NCBI GenBank assembly: GCA_907165135.1
Contig: OU015569.1
Coordinates: forward strand, 4,526,001 to 4,590,000
DNA: 64,000 nt
Origin: Oikopleura dioica
Taxonomy: Eukaryota > Animalia > Chordata
Direction: 5' to 3'
The notes beneath the pieces were generated by a model, which searched no databases, was not told the origin of the DNA, and saw nothing but the letters and a program-made list of their open reading frames with translations. Each line of letters begins with the position of its first letter. Within the stretch, counting starts at the first letter, position 1. Both the position numbers and the translations under genes were made by a program. Positions 12,983-23,088 of the stretch are shown here, piece by piece.

Positions 12983-15499
12983 ATGCTGCGAATCGCGCTT
13001 CGGAGGCAGAGCAATTGGCTCAAGAGCAAAGTGCGCCCGAGTACATTGTCTAGCGGCGGATTTACGCTGGAGAAGCTCGAGAAAGACGGATTCGAACATA
13101 ATCTTCTCTTCGCCAAAGTAAGGAGACCGTTTCAAGTCGCGCGAAAAACGAATAGCTTAAAGACGGCTCCATCACGTGCCTCTCGAGCGTATGCAGCCAC
13201 CGCCCAGTCGTAATGCAAAAGGCGCAGCGTAATGAGAACGAGCTCCGCTGCCACTGCCACGGTGCCATCTTCGATCTTGAGAGTGGTGCAGTTCGTTGTG
13301 CGCCTGCACTGAAGCCTCTTCAAAAGTACAAAATACGAATGGACAACGACTCCATTGAAGTCGACCTCGACAAGCTACTTCCACAGTCTACCCAAAGAGA
13401 TGACTCCATCTCAGAAAATGGTACTTTTACTTACTAACTTTCATGGGAAAATTTTTATTCCGGTTAAGAAAAGTCTAATACTAATTGATCATTCTAGTGG
13501 TAATTATCGGTGGAGGAGCGGCTGGTGCCGCAGCAGCAGAGTCATTAGCCTCAGCCGGAGCTTACGTCAAAGTTTTGAGCAAAGAATCAGTCGCTGGCCC
13601 TTATGACAGAACCCTCATTTCGAAGAGATTTGCTGAGGTTCCTTTAACAAAAGAAGTCAACGAAAACATCAGCTATTTGTCGAGTACCGAGGTCTTATCG
13701 ATTGATCCTAAGGCGAAGCTATTGAGAGTGAAGCGAATCCTTCCCGATCCGAACAAAATTGGCTGTGGACCTAAGGAAAGATTTCATAAAAAATGAACAA
13801 GAACACTTATACTTGTCGAGAAGTTCGCTGTTCCGTGTGCTTTGAAGTTTTTGTAAATCTGAATCAGAAAAAATGGACGTTCGAAGAAATGCGATACTCG
13901 AAGCTGATCGTTGCCACTGGCATGCGGCCCCGTTATTTGCCCGGGCAATCATCGGGAATCACAGTGTATAACTCATCTGACGTAGAGCGGCTTCAAGAGC
14001 TCGTCTCCGGCAAGCGAGTAACCGTTGTTGGTGGCTCTTATCTCGGCGTTGAAACCGCCGCCAATCTTGTCATGCTAAAGAAGAAAAACAAACTAGAATC
14101 GATGACACTCGTCATTGGAGAGGATCATCCTCTTTCTACTCCTTATGGAGAAATGATTGGAAAGGCAAGATCGTCTGGAATTTTATATTTTACTCATATT
14201 CAAGGTCGTACGAAAGAAGCTAGAAGATTTTGGAATCGAAATTCTATCAGAATCAGTAGTGGAAAAAGTCGAAGACGAAAAACTTATCTTTGAACATGGA
14301 TCTGAGCATTCGTTTGGTGCTTTGATTCAGTGCATCGGAGGCATTCCCGTAACAAGTTTTCTGCCGGAAGAAGTCAACTTCACTGGAGAACTAGTTTCTG
14401 TAAACGACAAATTCCAAACTAGCTGCGAAGATATTTATGCTGTCGGTGACTGCGTGAAAATTGATGGCGTCAGTTATAATCCGCATTGGGCTGCTGCTCA
14501 AGAAATGGGAAAAGCGGCTGCTACTCATATTTTGACTGGGGTAAGTTATCACTGAATTTTATTACTCATCATCTCATATATTCTATATTTTATACACTCT
14601 TAATTTTAATTTATTATAGATGTTTTTTGCTGCAAGAAAGAGTTAGAAAATAGTCTAAATGATTTATTGTATAAGGCAGAAAAATAGTTAAATATTTCAT
14701 CTGCGATCGTCAGATCCTTATTTCTTCGATCTTAATAAATATGAGAATGCAAAAATCACTATAAAGACTTACGGTAACCGTGGATCTTCGAAGAGCTTTT
14801 TTCCACTCTTCTTCCATCGGGGAGTAGCCGACCCTAGGACAGATCTGTCCAAAATACTCTGGACAGTACTCGAATATTTCGGTCGAGCGGCGTGAGCCTG
14901 TCCAAGGCTGTCTTCGACTTTCTTCGATCTAATTACATATAAAATATAAAAATAAACATGAGTACTTACTTGCTGTCGAAGGGCTTGCCAGACCTCTTCT
15001 GAGGTCCGAGTACGTCTTTGCCTCTCTCGACGAAATCCCCTGGGGCCATTGCCCGTCTTCGAGCTTTTCGAACTTTCTCGGCGTCACTCATTTTTTAGTC
15101 TCCCAAAAAAAACTTTCGTTTAGAAACAATTTGACTGTTTTTAATCTAACATAACGGTTTTTTTGGCTTCATGATAGTGATCTTACGATCCTACCGTTTA
15201 ATTTTATAAAAAGTTTTAAATATTTTGTCTAGGATGCAACGAAGTTGAGACAGACGATGGTATGGAGTTCCTTTGGAAAAGTTCACCTACGATCAGTTGG
15301 AGCTCGTGCGGATGATTGTTCTTCCCAAAAACATTACATTGACGAGACATCCGACCGATATATAACTGCTTTCCTGAATGAAAATGAACATGTGATCGGC
15401 TGTGTGACAATTAATGGTGACCCTGTGTGTGCCCAAGTGGCAAATCTGCTAGAAATTCATGATCACGTGAGACTGGAAGCTTTCGAGTGCTTATTCTAA
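12983..15499 (+). CDS. AIFM3: AIFM3-like Rieske [2Fe-2S] + FAD/NAD(P)H oxidoreductase with a probable mitochondrial presequence
   Basis: MLRIALRRQSNWLKSKVR; Rieske CSH...CHCHGAIFDLESG; IIGGGAAG; LIVATG; VVGGSYLGVE; DIYAVGD. Includes GC-AG intron 14165-14204 and a 692-nt intron 14541-15232. Confidence 0.85.
14718..15091 (-). CDS. Small basic hypothetical protein (~96 aa) nested antisense in the AIFM3 intron
   Basis: ATG 15091, GTAAGT-AG introns 14929-14969 (41 nt) and 14731-14772 (42 nt), stop 14718. Gives MSDAEKVRKARRRAMAPGDFVERGKDVLGPQKRSGKPFDSKSKKVEDSLGQAHAARPKYSSTVQSILDRSVLGSATPRWKKSGKKLFEDPRLPSKK. Not in the ORF track. Confidence 0.7.
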
Positions 15500-15566
15500 A
15501 AACAATAAACGAATTTATTCGGAATGCAATTTATACAGTCAGACATTTTTTATTTACAGCACGAGT

Positions 15567-16534
15567 TCAAAAAGTGGAGCCAAGCGTTGTATCCAGTGAA
15601 GTATCGAGCGAGCTGTCGAGGAAAGACGACTCATCCAAGTCGTTTGTTTCAGTTTCGTAGAAATCTCGCACGGCAAAATCAAATTCAGAGTCTTCGTATA
15701 AGTCCTCAAGGTTCTTAGGGATCATTTTCTTTTTTGTGGGTCGGCAGCACTGGTTTGCGTGTGAATGATATGCTCAAAACTTATTAAGTACTCTTATTGA
15801 ATTTAAAATTTGCTCAGCAACCCTTGCCAGAAGCATTTTTTCAATTTTATTTTTCTTGCTCTTCTTCAAATTTGTCTTTTTTAAAAATGTGACTCGATAT
15901 CGCTTGCAACATTCTTTTAGATACTTCGTATTTGTTAGAGTTGAGGATGTAGCCTTCACTTTCTTTATCGAGGTATTTTTGTTATAAACTAGAACTAGGG
16001 GAAACATTTCGATTTTTTGATTTACCGAAGAAAATTTTGACAAGTGGACAGTACTCTCGAAGGTGCTCGAAAATATCATCGACTGCCTCCAAATAGCCGT
16101 GTTGATTTGACCATAAAATAAGGAAACAGTCTGACAAGTCGTAGAGATACTTGAGCGCGTCCTCCCTCACTTCATAATTCTTGATCTTGTGAAATTTTGA
16201 TGACACTTCCGTGATGGCAAATTTGTGAATCCCTTTCTTGCTCTTTACATCTTCGTAATGGTTCATTTATTTTCGATAGGCTTTCGCTCATAGGCGTCGA
16301 TAACACTTTGCCTTCACTACTTAAGAACCCTTCCTGTAGAAGTGATGAAGACTGGACATTCTTCGACAAAATTCTCTTCGGGTTCTGCATCCAAAAGAGA
16401 GAGTAAATGGCTCTTTCCGCTCAATTTGGGACCTAGAAAGTCGTTCCCAATAATTCGTTGCTCTCGTCCCTACCGATTACTGTTATCCGCATGTTTGAAA
16501 TATTTTTTTGTTCTCTGCTGAGTGCCTTTGTCAT
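15567..16534 (-). CDS. Divergent AAA+ P-loop ATPase resembling RAD17 (9-1-1 clamp loader); start may lie further upstream
   Basis: Intron 16433-16473 reconstitutes RITVIG|PKLSGKSHLL (Walker A). KFAITEVSSKFH, KYLYDLSDCFLILWSN, LREYCPLVKIFF, KYLKECC and ILNSIRC follow the order of remembered human RAD17 segments (KIILVEDLPNQF, KYVRIGRCPLIFIIS, IQEECSISNISF, KFLNRIV, AINSLQF). Acidic tail ends GSTF* at 15567. Confidence 0.6.
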
Positions 16535-16740
16535 GTTGATTCGTCTGAATTTCTTTTTGTCGTGGAACTCAGCTGAGGCTGTTTGACCCTCTCGTGATGC
16601 TGTAGCATGATTGTATTTACTGCCTATTATATTTGCGTTTTACGATCGTGGCGAAATGCGGATGTGAAAGGGGTTCCCTGGAATGTGGCCAAATTTAAAT
16701 CTTTACGAATTATAAAAATTCAGATTGGAATGCTAATAGA

Positions 16741-18842
16741 ATGGACGACGTCACGAAAGATCATCTTCTCGAGTTGATCGCCGGTATTTGGTCGAAGCCG
16801 GAAGAGCTTACACTTGTTCATGTTTCTTGCAAGACTACGCTAGTCGCTGTGGTGGAAGCTCTTCTGCAATTCAAGGAGGGGTTGCAGCTTTTCGGTTTGG
16901 ATGAAAACGACCAGCAGCAAATCAAAATGTGCAAAGGAAAGGTTCAGAAAACCTTCGCCCTTTTCCAGCTCAAAGTGTACAAAGCTCAAATTTGCCTGAG
17001 GATGGAGGTGGGGCCTTAATCCTAAAGACCTTCTTCACGAATAGTTAGACCTACGACTCGCAGAAATTAGAGCCTGGTTGTAATCTCGTGCTTGGAATCG
17101 GCTACTGGTCGCCAAAACTCAATGGCAAGTTTCATCGAGTCGAGACACTAGAAATGGAACATTTGATGCCCGACATTGGAAATAATCTAGGCCGTCTGAA
17201 AGTGCACAACTTTAATATCGCGAAGCGCGAGATTGAGGGTGAGGAGACCTATGATGTGCTTGCTCCAGCGAGTGAAACGCCCCTTCCAGTAAAACTCTAC
17301 TTCACGACTAATTTGGAAGAGAAGATTGGAAAAATCAATGAGCTTTTGAAGGAAGTCTTGTTTGATGACAAGCCGATCGTTATTCTATTCCGGTTTACTC
17401 GCTCGTATGATAAGGTCAAGATGCTGCTGAAAAATACACATTCAAATGTAGTGTTAATCAAACATAATGGTAATTGAGTCATATTTGAATATAGCTACTG
17501 AGATCAACGAAGACAAATTTACTCGGTGTCTTTATTGATTGCTTTCGTACAGAAACTGAAATCATTTTAGAAAGCCGGCTACTGGACATCATCACATTTC
17601 TTGGCGATCTTCTCCCAAAGCATATCGTTATTTTCGATACGGATATGAATTTGCTTCGAATTGTTGCTTACTACAAATCACGTATGACTGGATTTCCTGT
17701 ATATTGCTATACGATCACCCATGAACAATCGTACGAGACTTCCTTTTTGAAGAAACAGAAGGCAGCCGAAAAGAAGAACTCTGCAAATTTTACGAAGACG
17801 ATACGTCGCGGTGAAGATCTGAACTATACAGTCATTTATTACGATACTGAAACTACTGGGAGGGCGAGAGACTGTTCTATCTGTGAGATCGCTTGCTGGG
17901 CTCAAGAGCTCAACAAGTTTGAATGTCCGAGTGTTTACAATCAAAACCATCGAGGGCCAAATGTATTCTATGAGCTCATGGTTCCTGATAGAAAATTCAG
18001 TGCAGGGGCCTCAAAAGTAAACGGGATAAAAAGGGAGGGAAAGACAGGACTCAAAGGAAAGGATTTCTAAAGTGATGCTAAGTGAAAAGAAATTTATATT
18101 AAAAAACAGATGAATTCCATTTCAGTCAGAGGGAAAGTTCACAAACACGTCCAATCCGCGAACAAAGCGATGGGCAAGCTTTGCGAATGGCTCGAGGGTT
18201 TCTCAAAGAAAGTCGTTCTCGTGGCTCATTTCGGAACAGGTTACGATCATCCGATTCTCATCCGTCAAATGGCGCGAGCAGGCTTGGCAGAGCGCTTCAA
18301 GAACTCGATATATGGGTTCTCAGATACGATGATTCCGCTGAAGCGAACAATGCCAAAGCAAAAATTAAAGTTGACTGTGCTTGGTGAAGAGTTTATTCCA
18401 GGTTGGAATATGTACGAAGGAAAAGCACATTCAGCCCTATTCGATGTTTGGTGCATGTTGATGGTGTTCAGGAAAGGCTTTCGAACGCAAAAATCAAGGA
18501 AGAAAGCCAAGTTGACTTTCGATTCATTCATCAAGCCCATAAAGGATGCAAGGAGTTTTGTTTTCTCCCTACGACTTCACGAAGAAAGTGGTCTTCATCG
18601 GTAAACTAGAAAACGACACATCCGTCCTTCCAGCTGGACATAAAGCGCTGGTCGATAACGGAGTGATTTCATTCGACATCGCTTCGAAGATTTGCGAAGT
18701 GCCAACCCAAGAAATCATTAAACTTTCAAGAACGAGCACATTACAGAAATTAACAGAACTTCTGCATCCCCTTGTAATTAGAATTTCAACTGCCAATGAG
18801 ATCTCATCGAAGATTCGAGAGTATTACCTCAACAATGACTGA
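16741..18842 (+). CDS. XPF/ERCC4-like helicase-like module fused to a DEDDh (DnaQ/TREX/PML-type) 3'-5' exonuclease
   Basis: Introns at ~17008-17048, ~17448-17494, ~18057/62-18109/24 (non-GT donor) and a 55-nt intron near 18560-18610. XPF-like: EKIGKINELLKEV..PIVILFRFTRSYDKV and LGDLLPKHIVIFDTDMNLLRIVAYYKSRMTGFPVYCYTITHEQSYE. Exonuclease motifs YYDTETTG, AHFGTGYD, HSALFD, then a C-terminal LVDNGVISFDIASKI helical segment. Confidence 0.8.
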
Positions 18843-18890
18843 GCTCATCCATTCCAATTTGGACAAAAGAACATTCGAAATTTCTTTAGA

Positions 18891-19114
18891 ATGGATAGTG
18901 AAAAGCCAAAAAGTCCACCGAAAGGTTTGAAGCCATGCTGTGCGTGTCCAGAGACTAGAAAGCCCCGAGATGAATGTTTCATGGCTTCCGGTAAGATTTT
19001 TTAACTGTGAGGGGCATAATCTTTAATTTATCTCTAGAAAACGGTGCTGAAGACTGCAAGGAACTGATTGAAGCCCATCAGAAGTGTTTGAGAGATCTTG
19101 GTTTCAAAGTTTAA
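18891..19114 (+). CDS. COX17: Cytochrome c oxidase copper chaperone COX17
   Basis: Two exons: MDSEKPKSPPKGLKPCCACPETRKPRDECFMAS|ENGAEDCKELIEAHQKCLRDLGFKV* (KPCCAC plus twin CX9C). Confidence 0.96.
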
Positions 19115-19220
19115 CTGTCTCCTTCTGAATGTTAATTTATCTCTAGCAGTGCTAGTTTTACTATGACTGAAATAAATATCTGAATGAAGTTGAATCTGAG
19201 CGTTTTATTACTAGAAATTG

Positions 19221-22200
19221 ATGTCGGACTTTGAAGACGAAGACTATGTCGCGGATGGGGAAGAAAATCTTCTTCCTTGGGAAGATCCACCAAATCCATT
19301 CGACGACAGCCCAGATGAATGCGAAGAACAAAAACCTCAAAAGAAAAAGAAAGTTCAGGTGAAAACGACCAAATCGCAGCCCACAAAATCAAAAGCAGCA
19401 AAAACAACGAAGAAATCAAAGGCAAACACGCAAGGAGATGAACCACCGCCCCCAATGCCGTCGAAAGCGACAAATATAAAAGAAGAAGACATTTACGTAG
19501 CCCTAAAAGAGCACTTCGGGCATCCGGGCTTTAGGTCGTCTATTCAAGAAAATGCGGTGAAAGAGTTGTGTCTAGGTGATAGGAATGTGGTAGAAATAGA
19601 GAGTTCTTATTCGATTATTGTAATTTTGCAAAATCACAAATCAGGGACGCCTTCGTACTTCTCCCTACCGGCGGTGGAAAGTCTCTGATTTATCAACTGC
19701 CGGCCATGCTTTACCCTGGTATTTCCATCGTCATATCGCCCTTGATCGCTCTGATTCAAGATCAGCTTCAGTCCCTTCTCGCAAAGGACATCAGAGCCGA
19801 ATCCATCAACTCCAAACTCTCTACAGAGGAGCGCAAGGCTATTATGGATGATTTGTACTCTGGTGCTCCTAAAACTCGTATTCTCTACGTCACCCCCGAA
19901 CAAGTCCAAACACAACGGTAGTTTATTTTGATCCTCGTCTTTCTTTAACTGTTATTTAGCTTCATCAAGCTTGCACGGTGGATGAATGCTCGCTGTTTAA
20001 TCCACTTAGTGGCAATAGATGAGGCGCACTGCGTGTCCCAGTGGGGTCACGATTTCCGACCAGACTATCTCAAGCTCGGCCTTCTTCGTGAGCTCGTCCC
20101 AAACGCTCGTTTCGTCGCTTGCACTGCCACTGCTACCAAAAAGGTCGAAGAAGACGTTATTCGAATTTTGAAGATGAAGAACTGCGCTGTTTTCCGCACG
20201 GGCATCACGCGCGAGAACCTTTATTACGATGTGAAGATGAAGGATATCCTCCCAAATCCACATCGCCACTTGGCTAATTTCGCAAAAGAGTGTATTGGCA
20301 AGCTTCAGCCAAACGGAAGCTATGAAGGCGCGGGTATAGTCTATTGCTTCCGAAGGGACGACTGTGAAGAAATCGCCGTGTCTCTGACTCGTCTCGGCGT
20401 TGAATCAGAGCCCTACCATGCCGGATTGAAGCCAGAAACAAGGACCAGAGTGCAAGAAGACTGGACCGAGGGTCGCGTTCCCGTCATTTGCGCCACTATC
20501 TCTTTTGGTATGGGTGTTGATAAAGAGAACGTGCGTTTTGTCGCTCACTGGTCCCTTCCGAAGTCGCTTGCTGGATATCTTCAAGAGTCCGGTCGAGCAG
20601 GGCGAGACAACAAGCCCTCAAAATGTCGATTGTACTACTCACGTGAGGAACAACGCTCGCTCATATTTATCATGAAGAAACCGCTTTTCTGGAAGAAGAA
20701 AGACGCGGGAAACGCCGAACAGAACAAAAGAAAATCATGATCCAGCTAAGACAGTTCGAATCAGTCACAAAGTACTGTGAGGGAACAGATTGTCGTCATA
20801 AGACAATGGCTAAGTTCTTCGGCGAAAACACGGACATCTGCAAAACAAACTGCGATGGATGTACAAATAAGACACAAGTAGCCCGGGAACTCGACTGCAT
20901 GGGCAAAGTTGGCAGCTGCAAGACCTACACGAAGATCAGCGAGGAGGACGACAATGATGCCTTTGCAGAATATAACCCGGACATTTACGGGGGTCGGCGT
21001 GGAGGGTATGGCTTCGAACGACCTGACGAGCCTTCAGAAGCTTTCAAAGACGAGGTGGAAAACGGGACCGGAACGACTTCCCTCATTCTCAACGAGTTCA
21101 AAAAGCGACGCGCAGCTCAAGCAAAACTGTCAATCCCGGAGCAGAAAAAGGCGAAGGAGGATGAAAAGGCGTTGCTTTATGTTGGCTTTCCAGATGATAC
21201 TCCACTCATTGACCCAGCGAACCAAAGGTTCGGATCTAAAAGACATTTTTTATTATTAGAATTAATAAACCGATTTTTAAATCCGCAAATCAGAGTTAAC
21301 GGTCTCGGCTGGCGAGTGCGATCTGCCTGTTACGATACCCTCAAAGAATGTCTGGAAACAAACCACGTGAACTTTTACATAGAAACTCCCGAGAAGGCGG
21401 CGCTTTGTGATATCGAAGTACGAGTGGCGGCAAGTAACTTGGAAAAGTTCATTTTCGACAGTGCCCGTTCGAAGATATCTTACAAGGCCGCGATTGTGAA
21501 CAAGTAAGAAGGTTTCTAGAATATATGCTTCTTAAAAACAATTTAGACGAAAGGAAATAATGCTGACCACAGAGAACTTTGAATTAGCCGAGGCATTCCG
21601 ACTTGAACAGAAGAAAGAGGTCAAAGCAAAAGCTTGCCCTGTAGCGTCAGGCATGTTCCAGAGTGCCGCGAACCTTATTTCCTCCTCGGACGACGAATCA
21701 TCCAAAGAAGACATTAAAGATCAACCTTCTACATCAAAAGCAGCTCCTTTAGTCAAGGCTCGCACTCTCTCTTTCGTTTGACTTTCTGCTTGTTTTGAGT
21801 GCGACCGAAAGTCTTCGCGAAAGTCAAGCCCAAATCCACTATGTCAAAGCTGAAAGAGCTGAAGAAATCGAAGCCAGTCAAACTTAACTCTGCTGAGCAA
21901 AGCCTGCTGTCAAAATATCTGAAACCCAGACCTCGATCTCCGGAGCCAAAAGTGGAACCGAAAGTAGAGCCTCTGCCGACAGAAGCGCCAGAACCTGATA
22001 AAGAAACGCCCGAACCTGAAAAGCCTGAAACACTTCCTGTGCCTTTAAGTATTGATGAGCAGACAGTTGAAAATGTAAATAGCATAACGGCCAACATCAA
22101 GCTTAAAAATATCTAGGAAACTGAATCAAGCAAGGAAAACCATGTCTTCGTCGTTCCAGCGATTCCGGTTCTGGGAGCCCGTAAGTTGAAGCAAAGTTTC

Positions 22201-22829
22201 ACAGATAGATATATTGAGGACTATTAGGAAAAACTGTCAAAGGAATTCGCAGTTCGACGAAATATGATGGATCGAAGAGCCGTCTTGAGCGACTCAAGCG
22301 GCTCGATGCTTTAAATCTGCCTAGTCCAGAAGGACCAAAGAAAAGAACGCGAGAAACCGATGAATCCGGAGTTTCCCCGGACATGAAAAAGAAACGGGTC
22401 GTCGGCAAAGTTGCCATGGAGCCTTCTGCGATGAAACCCCCGCGAGCGCCTGCGTCTCCAGAAGACTACATTCCAAACGACACCAAATCCTGTCGTCAGC
22501 TAGTTCTCAAACTCCTTAGCCCATATTTCAACGCTGGTAAATTTGAGGAAAAATCGCACTTCAAAGAACTTGCCAAAAGAGTCACCGAAAGCCTCGTCAA
22601 GGTACTATTCTTTGAATATGTGATGACAGTGGATTATTATACTCTATGTTAGGTGGACGCGAAAACAAGCAAAGTCCCGAATACGAAAAATACTGCCAAA
22701 ATGGCCATCAAGAGGGCAGCCAAAAATTTCTTCTTTGAATGTCGTCCAAAAGTTCAATCTTCCGACGATTTGGAGAAGTTTAACTACGAGGATATTGTAA
22801 CCCTTCGACAGCCCAAACTAATGTCTTAA
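19221..22829 (+). CDS. RECQL5: RecQ helicase RECQL5 (helicase core, Zn-binding RQC part, IRI/KIX region, C-terminal SRI); one frame break at ~20672-20745
   Basis: [84 protein letters not shown], and SRI-like [22 protein letters not shown]. First intron 19583-19644 is GA-AG. Confidence 0.92.
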
Positions 22830-23088
22830 TCTGCCTCAGTTTCACTTTTTGAATTTGGTATTTTTTGATCTGGTTTTGGCACTTTTGCCTATAAATGAAC
22901 ACTTATCCATTTTCGAAAATCAGTCCTGACTACTTTTACGGAAATAACGTTAATATATCTAAATATAAATAATCAGTTCAAAAGATGCTGCATTCCTTCT
23001 TTTTCACTGTTTTTTTCTTATAAATCCCAATACAGTTACCTAAAGTTGTACCCAAGTCGGACTCTTACTGAATGATGTCTGTAATAGA

